A DNA stretch of 64,000 nt from an uncultured Saprospiraceae bacterium (GTDB taxonomy: Bacteria > Bacteroidota > Bacteroidia > Chitinophagales > Saprospiraceae): contig CAZVFU010000005.1 in the NCBI GenBank assembly GCA_964626595.1, positions 4,892 to 68,891 of the forward strand, written 5' to 3'. The translations under genes and the position numbers were made by a program. A model generated the notes under the pieces. The model searched no databases, had not been told where the DNA came from, and saw nothing but the letters and a program-made list of their open reading frames with translations. Positions 55,664 to 64,000 of this stretch are shown here, piece after piece. The number at the start of each line of letters is the position of its first letter. Within the stretch, counting starts at the first letter, position 1.

Positions 55664-56221
55664 ATGGAGGATAAAACGAAACAAGTACGAAGTTGGATTC
55701 GAGACAGTATCCAAAATAATCGGAGTAGTCAACGGAAGTTGTATGGCTATTTTTTCACTGATATGTGCAGAATGGTAGAAAAATATACGCGTGATAAAGA
55801 CGCTGTGATTTCGATTGTGAACAATGGCTTTTTGCGTATTTTTCAGAATTTAAGTTCTTATGACCAAAACCGGCCTTTTAAGCCCTGGGCAAAAACTTTG
55901 GTTTTCAGGGCACTCAGTGACTACTTTAGATCCAAATCCTCTGCGGCTACAGTAGTACCGATTTTTGATCGCGATGCGATTCATTATCAACCTGCCCTTG
56001 ATAATCTGTTTTTGGAAGATCTTATGGAACATTTAAAACAATTACCAAATACCACCCGAAAGGTATTCACTCTTTACGCTGTAAAGGGTTATAAGCATCG
56101 CGAAATCGCGGAGATGCTATCGATCAGTTCGGGGACCTCGAAATGGCATGTTTCTCAGGCTCGAAGTATTTTAAGGAAGCATATTTCAAATATGAAAGAT
56201 GGGGAGGCATATGGACTATAG
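55664..56221 (+). CDS. ECF-type RNA polymerase sigma-70 family factor
   Basis: About 185 aa. It has a region-2-like segment (VISIVNNGFLRIFQNLSSYD...FKPWAKTLVFRA) and a region-4 HTH (YAVKGYKHREIAEMLSISSGTSKWHVSQARSILRK). I prefer ATG 55664 over TTG 55637. Confidence 0.85.
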   Translation: MEDKTKQVRSWIRDSIQNNRSSQRKLYGYFFTDMCRMVEKYTRDKDAVISIVNNGFLRIFQNLSSYDQNRPFKPWAKTLVFRALSDYFRSKSSAATVVPIFDRDAIHYQPALDNLFLEDLMEHLKQLPNTTRKVFTLYAVKGYKHREIAEMLSISSGTSKWHVSQARSILRKHISNMKDGEAYGL

Positions 56222-57392
56222 AAATCAACATCCATGGGAAGAAGAGGGCTGGAATGCTCTTGAGCCGATGCTCGATCAGCAAATGCCGGTTGCGAGTCGT
56301 TTCCGGGGCCGTAAATATATCAATGCGGTTTTATGGCTTTTTTGTTTTTTTACTGTCGCGGGCTGGGGCGTGCTCGATTACAGAGATCATCAGGGGAATT
56401 CAAATGAAATAGAAAAAGCAGAACCTAATATGGCCTCTGCCGATCTTTCCTATGCTGCATCTTCCAATGATGTGGAGTTGACTGATTTCCAACCCGAAAG
56501 CAGTTCTCGTTCATATTATGGTGACCTACTTTTTGCTAATGCAGGGGATTACCTAATCGAAGATAATAATCGGATGCCCTATTCAGTTGCCTTGAATCGG
56601 TTTTCAGCTGATGCAGAGATGCAGTTGCATTCGCTGTCCGAACCTGAAATCTTGAGCCAGCGATTAGCAGGAATCCGATCTTTGTTGCCTCGAACCTCCG
56701 CTCACTTAGGAACACAGATACTATATAATCCGCCCTCTCTTTCTTCACAGGTTTTAACTAAACCTTCTTATCCTCGAAATCCTGTTTTGGGATCCTTTGT
56801 TGAAGTTCATATTCAAAATCAAAATTCTGACTTATGGGGTGGTGGAGTATTTTTTGGACTTTCTTATACAGGTAAATCTCCCTGGCAAACCAGTTTTTCT
56901 GTAGGATACCAATACTTGAAATCCAGAACACTCGAGGCAGATGGAGCCTACTCTGTCCCACTCGTACTACCCGGATCCAACCCGGATAATCCTCAAACTA
57001 ATGAAAACATTTTTCCTTCTTTAGATTTACCTCAAGTTCAGATTCATGCTCACCGAATAGGTTTCACCGGCCAATTTGATTGGAATATTGCCGGTCGATT
57101 TGGATTGGGGGCTATTGCCAGAGCCTCTTTGGATTGGTATACCATGAATCCCGATCTATCGAATTCCTCTATTCGCTATTATTATCCAGATTTAGGATTC
57201 AATAAGCGAGATGAACCCCATTCTTATTTTCACCTCGGAGCAGGGATCAATTCCTCATATAAGCTGGGATCTTCTTGGTCTATTCAATTGCGAGGTATGC
57301 TGACGAAGAGTTTCACCGGGCTTAATACAAAACCATCCTACATAGATGCTTACATTTGGTCTTTAGAGTCTGGCGTGCGTTACCAATTCTAA
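56211..57392 (+). CDS. Putative anti-sigma-like membrane protein with a beta-barrel-like C-terminal domain
   Basis: The start overlaps the sigma factor stop by 11 nt. A hydrophilic N-terminus of about 40 aa is followed by one TM helix (INAVLWLFCFFTVAGWGVL), a low-complexity linker and about 200 aa of alternating beta-strand pattern ending GVRYQF. Confidence 0.45.
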   Translation: MDYRNQHPWEEEGWNALEPMLDQQMPVASRFRGRKYINAVLWLFCFFTVAGWGVLDYRDHQGNSNEIEKAEPNMASADLSYAASSNDVELTDFQPESSSRSYYGDLLFANAGDYLIEDNNRMPYSVALNRFSADAEMQLHSLSEPEILSQRLAGIRSLLPRTSAHLGTQILYNPPSLSSQVLTKPSYPRNPVLGSFVEVHIQNQNSDLWGGGVFFGLSYTGKSPWQTSFSVGYQYLKSRTLEADGAYSVPLVLPGSNPDNPQTNENIFPSLDLPQVQIHAHRIGFTGQFDWNIAGRFGLGAIARASLDWYTMNPDLSNSSIRYYYPDLGFNKRDEPHSYFHLGAGINSSYKLGSSWSIQLRGMLTKSFTGLNTKPSYIDAYIWSLESGVRYQF

Positions 57393-57546
57393 GCGCATCC
57401 TCAGTAGATTTATCAAATCCTGGATTGAAAATTAGCTGCAAATACTTCTATAGAATTTAGAAAGGACTAAAAGCCATAATTTGGGTGAGAAGTATAAGGT
57501 TCTTTTATCGAGAACTTTCTAATTATCTGATATTTCTCAGAATAAA

Positions 57547-57897
<351 letters not shown>

Positions 57898-57949
57898 CTA
57901 AGATTTGATAGCAAAAATGATACTTTTGCTGTAGAAAACAATCATACGA

Positions 57950-59047
57950 ATGCAAAGTTTTATAAAAGATATTTTTCTTGCAACGATCATCATTCTGTTA
58001 GCAGGGCTTCAAGCAGGAATAGCACAAGTGGTTTTCGAAATCAATGACTTCAAAGCAGAAAAGGAAAGTCTAAGCACAGTGCAGGGGGCCCAACTATTTT
58101 CAGACTTTTTAAGGATTTGTCCGGCTGAGGCCAACACTCAAGGTGCTGCATGGTATTCTGAGAATAAGATCTTTTTGAAAGATGGATTCTATACTGAGTT
58201 TGAGTTTAAGATTAGAAATAATGATAATGTTTATGATGGGGGAGATGGGTTTGCCTTTGTAATTCAGAATCAGGGACCTGGAGTTATCGGTGGAATGGGG
58301 AATGATTTAGGATACAAGCAATTAGACCGAGCTGTTGCTATTGAGTTTGATATATTCCAAAATGAGGACGAAGAGAGTGCCAATCATGTTTGTTTGTCCT
58401 TCTTTGATCCATCTATGGGGTATTATAGAAAATATGCGACGGTTCATTCCATACCCGAACTGAATGATGGAGAATCCCATTTTGCGCGAATAGAATATCG
58501 AAATGAAGAACTAATTTTTTACCTGGATAGTTACTTGTTTCCCATATTGACGGTTCGTTTGGATATCCCTTTACGGATCAACTCTGAGGATGGTTATGGT
58601 TGGGTTGGGTTTTCAGCCGGAACATCTGAGGCCTATGCGCATCACGATTTGCTGAGCTGGACCATGGGTAATTACAGCCCACCTCCCAAAGATATTGATG
58701 TAAAGGATGTGAAAATTGAAGAGTCGGATGAAATCGTTGTAAAGAATAGAAAATTAATCATATCTATTTGGGATGATGACTTATTAGATCGAGATACCGT
58801 TTCAGTCAAAGTAGGCGATGAATGGATCCTAACAGATTATGAAGTTAGAAGAGAAAAGAAAGTCATTTACTATACCTTAAAGGGTTTTTCCAGTGATCTG
58901 GTGATGTATGCGCATAATATGGGGCTCATTCCACCCAATACCGCAGCTATTGAAGTAAATGACGGTCAAAATAAATACCGGTTTAAAATGAAGGCAGATT
59001 TGACCAGCTCTCAATCCGTTAGATTCCGATATCAGGCTCCCGATTAG
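57950..59047 (+). CDS. Secreted L-type (legume-like) lectin domain protein with an unassigned C-terminal domain
   Basis: It has a signal peptide. GDGFAFVIQNQGPGVIGG...LGY...AVAIEFDIFQN...HV and WVGFSAGTSEAYAHHDLLSW resemble the bacterial L-type lectin fold. The C-terminal 120 aa approximately are unassigned. Confidence 0.6.
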   Translation: MQSFIKDIFLATIIILLAGLQAGIAQVVFEINDFKAEKESLSTVQGAQLFSDFLRICPAEANTQGAAWYSENKIFLKDGFYTEFEFKIRNNDNVYDGGDGFAFVIQNQGPGVIGGMGNDLGYKQLDRAVAIEFDIFQNEDEESANHVCLSFFDPSMGYYRKYATVHSIPELNDGESHFARIEYRNEELIFYLDSYLFPILTVRLDIPLRINSEDGYGWVGFSAGTSEAYAHHDLLSWTMGNYSPPPKDIDVKDVKIEESDEIVVKNRKLIISIWDDDLLDRDTVSVKVGDEWILTDYEVRREKKVIYYTLKGFSSDLVMYAHNMGLIPPNTAAIEVNDGQNKYRFKMKADLTSSQSVRFRYQAPD

Positions 59048-59078
59048 GATCGGCTTGCCACATCATTTGAGAGCACTA

Positions 59079-59777
59079 TTAGCGTGATTCACTGAACAAA
59101 TCTACATTCGAATAAAGCGCTAAAGCCTCAACGGCTGTATTTTTAAAGTTGACATTTGCGGATTTGTGCAGTCTGGAAGGTAAACTTTGTTTACGCTGGG
59201 TATTGAGGTCTTTATTCTCCAGAAAGTTATAGATAATATTGATCATCTTGGAGTAACGCTCATAATCGTCTACCTGAGGCTGAGGACGCATATCTAATAA
59301 ATGAGCAGCGCGAAAGAATAAGGTTTGATGGTAAAATGCATATTGAGATGGATCCATTCCTGAAATTAACAAGCTTACCCACTGCACGTCCCAATTTGCA
59401 TCTGCAATAATACTATTGGGATGTGACTTCTTATAATGATGAACCATCTCTTCTGCCATATAACGAAAGGAGTCAATGCGATCCTGAATCGGGCGACTGT
59501 TATTGAACAGGATATTTATGGACTCTTGAACTATTTCGGGATCTTCATCGTAAAATAGAATCAACGTTTCTATGGGGCGGTATCGTTCCCGTTTCCATAA
59601 TCTTTGGGTCCGTGTACTTTTGAATGCAGCTAAAACCTGCTCTTTTATCGATAGACTTTGATCTTTTATATTCGCCCAATTCGTGGGATATTCATACAGT
59701 GCTTCCCATTTTTGATCAAGGTGTGGGATTTGCTCGAGATAGGAATCGATAATCTCATGGACAACAGTTAGCTTCAT
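59079..59777 (-). CDS. Hypothetical cytoplasmic protein
   Basis: The 232-aa ORF has no recognisable motif, signal peptide or TM helix. It starts 42 nt downstream of the porin-like gene on the same strand. Confidence 0.5.
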   Translation of the reverse strand: MKLTVVHEIIDSYLEQIPHLDQKWEALYEYPTNWANIKDQSLSIKEQVLAAFKSTRTQRLWKRERYRPIETLILFYDEDPEIVQESINILFNNSRPIQDRIDSFRYMAEEMVHHYKKSHPNSIIADANWDVQWVSLLISGMDPSQYAFYHQTLFFRAAHLLDMRPQPQVDDYERYSKMINIIYNFLENKDLNTQRKQSLPSRLHKSANVNFKNTAVEALALYSNVDLFSESR

Positions 59778-59819
59778 AAAGGGTGTGATTATTTGGAGGA
59801 GCTTAGATTAAAAACTGCT

Positions 59820-61460
59820 CTAAAATCGCATAATAATTCCACCTAGAATATTTCGACCTATAATCGGATATTGATTCCATCGCTGTCGGGTATTATTCGT
59901 TAAGTTATAAGCGTGAAAGAATACGCCCCAATGCTCAGCAAAGAAATAATCTGCACCTAAGCTTAAGTCAAACAGTCCTTCCAGTTGGTCAATTTGATTA
60001 TCGGAGTCCAGGTAGTCCACCCCATTTTGAAATCGAATATCAAACCAGAAGTTCAACTTTTGAGATAAAAGAGAATATTCAGTTCTGAAATCCGCAGTAA
60101 ATGTAGGCGTATGAATCGGAGACTCCAGGGAGTCCAAACTAAAAAAGGTTTGATTCAAAGTCAGGGAGGTCGTTAGATTCTCAGTCACCGGATAATTGAG
60201 ATTGAGGCTGATATCGATCGCGCTTCCACTTTCGTAATACGCATCAAATAAGCGTGTATCCTTAAAATCAGGTGTAAAGAAGGCCAGATTAGAAAAGTTC
60301 TGGTAGGCTACTTCAAGATTATACTTCAGCTGATTATACCTTCCTTTTGCTCCGGCAAAAATTTCCCATTGTCGAGTGGCATACAATGAATCCATTGTAT
60401 TCGTAAAGTATGGATTGCGCTGACTTAGCTGGGAAAATCCTTGCGCTTGCAAAGAGCCGGCACTTCCCAAATATGCAATAAGCTGATCTTCAAGTACACT
60501 ATACTGAGCATGGATTTCGGGGAAAATCAATGAGGTTTCATTGGCATTTCCGACAAAAAGTCCGACACGGGCTGAGAATTTCTCGGTTTGATAGGAGTAA
60601 CTGGGCTTGAAGGTGAAAATATTAAGACCTATGGGGTCTGCAGATATAGAATCTGTAAAATTAATGAACCGGGCTTGACCCTCTACTTCAATTGCTTGCT
60701 GATCTGAAATTTCCCAGGCGACCTGAGCTAATAGCTGGAATTGATTTTCACTGGCTAATAAATTGTCAGATGTATTTTCATAGGCTGTTTTTAACTTGTA
60801 TTGCAAGCCCCAGGAATTGGACTCCTTACTTCCCAGAGAGAAATCAGCATGAAACAGATTGAATCGTCTGGCTGCATCTTCTCGCGAAAAGGAATCAACT
60901 TCATGATCATAGCCATATAAGTCGTTGATCAGATGATCGTACTTCAAGTGTCCATCGATGTAAAAGGACGGGCCAAAAATGTATTCCCCACCTAGTCCGA
61001 GATGAGTGCGACCTATAATTTGGTTTTCAAGGTTATTTCGATTGTCGACACTATAGTGGCTCCCTTCTGCATATGCTTGATAATTACTTCCCCGGAAACT
61101 AGTGTATCCATCTGCCAGGGGACTTTTTGGCGTACCATAGCCTGCCCTTAAGTAAGTTGAATATGACTTTTCCAATTCAGTTCGCCCCATACCCAGTGCT
61201 CGGATTTCTGGAGGTTGATAGTCGTAATCAAGTTGCCGATCCTGTATTCTAAAATTATACGACAACTGTGTGGTATCAAAGGGGGGAAGTTGAGGGTTCA
61301 TAAGCAGGCGCTCAGCAGAACCGAGTCGAGCATCAAAATCCCGAACCACCTGAACCTCTTCTGATGGCAATTGAACCTGAGCCAGACTGCTGGAAAGGAT
61401 CCCCAAGCTTAAAAGATTCAGGAGTATCAATAGCCTTATTATACAATTACTCATCTTCAA
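59820..61460 (-). CDS. Putative outer-membrane porin (Porin_10-like beta-barrel)
   Basis: 546 aa. It has a signal peptide and long alternating-strand sequence ending GGIIMRF. It overlaps the upstream TPR gene by 14 nt, a pairing I recall as common in Bacteroidota. Confidence 0.6.
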   Translation of the reverse strand: MKMSNCIIRLLILLNLLSLGILSSSLAQVQLPSEEVQVVRDFDARLGSAERLLMNPQLPPFDTTQLSYNFRIQDRQLDYDYQPPEIRALGMGRTELEKSYSTYLRAGYGTPKSPLADGYTSFRGSNYQAYAEGSHYSVDNRNNLENQIIGRTHLGLGGEYIFGPSFYIDGHLKYDHLINDLYGYDHEVDSFSREDAARRFNLFHADFSLGSKESNSWGLQYKLKTAYENTSDNLLASENQFQLLAQVAWEISDQQAIEVEGQARFINFTDSISADPIGLNIFTFKPSYSYQTEKFSARVGLFVGNANETSLIFPEIHAQYSVLEDQLIAYLGSAGSLQAQGFSQLSQRNPYFTNTMDSLYATRQWEIFAGAKGRYNQLKYNLEVAYQNFSNLAFFTPDFKDTRLFDAYYESGSAIDISLNLNYPVTENLTTSLTLNQTFFSLDSLESPIHTPTFTADFRTEYSLLSQKLNFWFDIRFQNGVDYLDSDNQIDQLEGLFDLSLGADYFFAEHWGVFFHAYNLTNNTRQRWNQYPIIGRNILGGIIMRF

Positions 61461-64000
61461 GTTCTTTTATCTTTTCTAATTTATGATTTGCTTCATCTAA
61501 CAACTCCTCGGACTCTCCAAAATTTTCAATGACCGCTTCCAGGGCCGCTTTGGCATTAAAAATATCATCCTGCTTGACTAAAATATCAGACAATAGGATC
61601 AATGACCTGGCTACCCAATAAGGATAGGCGGAACTCTCTTTGTAAGATTCCCTGCTTAGCTCTTCTGCAAGTTCATATTCTTTCTGTACGTAGTATATTT
61701 TCGCGATCTGATATCGCGCTTCTGCGCTCCGCTCATCATCACTCAGTCGACTCACTTCGTTAAATGCATTCAGCGCCTGATCCCATTGTTTCTCCTCTAA
61801 TGCCACCTTACCTCTGTAATACATGGCCTTTCCCTTTTGGTCGTTTGAACTGCGTGGATTCTGGAATACCTGATCGGACAGATCTAAAACGGCCTTTGTA
61901 TCCTGGGCTCGAAATGCAGCCTCCATACCTCCCACCTGAGCTGTCAATTCATCCTCTTCAGATTGAGCGACTTTTGACCAGCGCTGGAAATATTCCGTCG
62001 ATTTCTCAAAATCCTCAATATAGTTGTAACTTATAAGGGCTGCCTTTTGACAGGCCGGAGCGTAATAAGGCGACGGTCCACGCTGAATGACTTTTTCATA
62101 TCCAGCCAGGGCGGGTTTATACATTCCTTCGGCGAGATAGGATTCGCCCATTCGGAAAGAAGCACTCAGGGCATGGATTCCGTTAGGGAATTGTTCCAGG
62201 TACCGTTGGTAAGCTTTGGCCGCACGCTCGTAGTTCCCATTTTCAAATTGAGCCTCTGCTGCCCTGAAGTTAAGCGAATCCTTGCTTCGCTCACCCAGAG
62301 AGACACCGCTCTTCTCCTCGAGAAATTTGACATAAGCCTCCGGTTGGCCCATATCCTGCACATAAATCTCTTCAATACCCGTAAGCGCTTCGGCAGATTG
62401 TTCCGGTTGCGGATTCTTATCAAATACCGCTTTATAATAATTTAAGGCTGTTTTCGTATCTCCAAGGTTATAGGACAATAATCCCAACCGGAGCAGGGCA
62501 TCCACCACCAATTCCGAAGTAGCCCCGTAATCCGTAACGAGCTTATTGAGTGGTCTTATCGCCTGATTCAACTGCCCGAGTTCGGTAAGGGTGGATCCTA
62601 ATTCCAGAAGTGCGTTATCGGCATAGGTGCTATTCGGATAGTTCTTGACTAACTGATTTAATGACTCTACTTTTCGTTCTCTCTGGCCTTGGAGACCGTA
62701 AATAATGGATTTTTGAAATTGGGCATAAACAAAGCCACTACTTCTGCGCTCGATGGTCTGATCGTAAGCTGATATGGCTGCATCGTATTTATTGAGTTTG
62801 AAAAGACAATCGCCCAGTCTGAGTAAGGCATCGCCATAAATATTATCAGTGATATATTGATTCTTGATCTGGATTCGATGGGTTTTGATTCCCTGAACAG
62901 CCTGTTTGAAATACGATTCAGCCTGTCCGTATTCGCTTTGTTTGATGTAGTTGTATCCCAACATGTAGTGGGCTATATAGGGACTCGACCCGGGAGGCAG
63001 ATTTGACACGCTTTTTGTTTGATCTAAATAACTCAATAGCAAATTTGTGCTTTCTCCATATTTTTGTTGTCTCGAGAAAATGTCAGCCTTCCAAAAGGTA
63101 GCCTGTGCTACCCATTTTTGCTCAATGGGGTGGTCCAATGATTTCTCCAGACTTTGTAATGCTAAATCAAAATTCTTTTCTCTAAAATGCTGAGTTGCTC
63201 TGAAAAAAGTGATTTTTTGATACGCACTGAGCAAATCCGGTGACGGATCCTCAATGCTTTCAATAGTAGCTACTGCCTTTTTATAGTCGCGTGTTTTGAG
63301 AAACACATCCGAAAGGATTTCTTGCGCTTCTTTATGATAGTCACTGCTGGGAGGCACTTTAGAAAGAGCATTTACAGCTTCCCTGTCAAACCCCATTTCC
63401 GCAGATAGTTTCCCGTAATTGAAAGAAGCCTCTAAGGCCACCGATTCATCGTCTCCCCTTCGCGAGGCATTAGCAAATGCATTCCGAGCTGATTCCTTAT
63501 CTTTTAACTTCAAATAGGCATCTGCGAGATAAAGATTTGCATTTTGTCCTCGCCGATTATTTTCGTCGGATATTTTTGAAAAGGTGGATATAGCCTCTTC
63601 GTAGTGTCCGGTTTGATACTGAACATAGGCCAATTGGTAATAATCATCCGAAGACATACGATTCCGCCGACTGTAGGATTCCAAATGGGGTAAGGCCAAC
63701 TCAAACTCTTCTCTTTGAATGTAGGAAAGAGCAAGCACATATGCGATTTTATCCTTTTCCTGTACCTGATCTTCTTCCAACTTGCCCGGCGCGTAATCTA
63801 TGACAGCGTCAAATTGGTCGAGTTCAAATAAAATTTGACTTTTATAAGCCGGAATGAATCGGCCGTACTTTCTAGACGACTCAATTTTCTCAAAGTAGGG
63901 GAGAGCCTTATCATATATGCCTTGCTCATAATAACTCATGGCGATATAGTAGTTCGAGGGATAGTAATTCGGCCCCTGCGAGTTCGAGATCAAATTTAAT
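61447..64000 (-). CDS. Large tetratricopeptide (TPR) repeat protein, 5'-truncated by the window edge
   Basis: More than 848 aa of repeated 34-aa TPR-like units (A..Y..A...Y..G.Y..A). The frame is open to the window end. Confidence 0.85.
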   Translation of the reverse strand, partial: LNLISNSQGPNYYPSNYYIAMSYYEQGIYDKALPYFEKIESSRKYGRFIPAYKSQILFELDQFDAVIDYAPGKLEEDQVQEKDKIAYVLALSYIQREEFELALPHLESYSRRNRMSSDDYYQLAYVQYQTGHYEEAISTFSKISDENNRRGQNANLYLADAYLKLKDKESARNAFANASRRGDDESVALEASFNYGKLSAEMGFDREAVNALSKVPPSSDYHKEAQEILSDVFLKTRDYKKAVATIESIEDPSPDLLSAYQKITFFRATQHFREKNFDLALQSLEKSLDHPIEQKWVAQATFWKADIFSRQQKYGESTNLLLSYLDQTKSVSNLPPGSSPYIAHYMLGYNYIKQSEYGQAESYFKQAVQGIKTHRIQIKNQYITDNIYGDALLRLGDCLFKLNKYDAAISAYDQTIERRSSGFVYAQFQKSIIYGLQGQRERKVESLNQLVKNYPNSTYADNALLELGSTLTELGQLNQAIRPLNKLVTDYGATSELVVDALLRLGLLSYNLGDTKTALNYYKAVFDKNPQPEQSAEALTGIEEIYVQDMGQPEAYVKFLEEKSGVSLGERSKDSLNFRAAEAQFENGNYERAAKAYQRYLEQFPNGIHALSASFRMGESYLAEGMYKPALAGYEKVIQRGPSPYYAPACQKAALISYNYIEDFEKSTEYFQRWSKVAQSEEDELTAQVGGMEAAFRAQDTKAVLDLSDQVFQNPRSSNDQKGKAMYYRGKVALEEKQWDQALNAFNEVSRLSDDERSAEARYQIAKIYYVQKEYELAEELSRESYKESSAYPYWVARSLILLSDILVKQDDIFNAKAALEAVIENFGESEELLDEANHKLEKIKELEDE

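Overview
A chromosomal segment that looks like Bacteroidota. Supporting signs are TAnnTTTG-type -7 promoter boxes, CarboxypepD_reg-type TonB-dependent receptors, a T9SS C-terminal sorting domain and a Bacteroidota-style alternative complex III (ACIII) plus aa3 oxidase gene cluster. All calls come from reading the ORF translations and the DNA by eye; no database search was run. Most of the window is housekeeping: smc, thyA, folD, prmA, maf, kdsC, trxA, a 2-oxoacid dehydrogenase E1-beta, oligopeptidase B, an M32 carboxypeptidase, tRNA-Ser and tRNA-His. The largest unit is a tightly packed, co-oriented run of 15 ORFs (9.6-26.1 kb): actABCDEF, cytochrome oxidase subunits II and I, heme O synthase, two subunit III-like proteins, subunit IV, and three assembly or unknown proteins. 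I found no transposase, integrase, CRISPR array or obvious prophage or defence island. Five things deserve a second look. (1) Four copies of a GC-rich, hairpin-dense 170-225 nt intergenic element share conserved ends, and each lies just 3' of the preceding gene in the same orientation. (2) DUF2064, a TonB-dependent receptor and an unassigned radical-SAM enzyme form a compact three-gene operon. (3) A lysine-rich protein carries an AT-hook-like motif and sits beside a repeated AAGTGCTTTAWA motif. (4) An 872-aa protein has a duplicated unknown N-terminal domain fused to two CbbX/SpoVK-type AAA+ modules. (5) The oxidase cluster has several oddities: an acidic, OmpA-like tail on subunit II, a Cys-less SCO-position protein and a small CxxC membrane protein.
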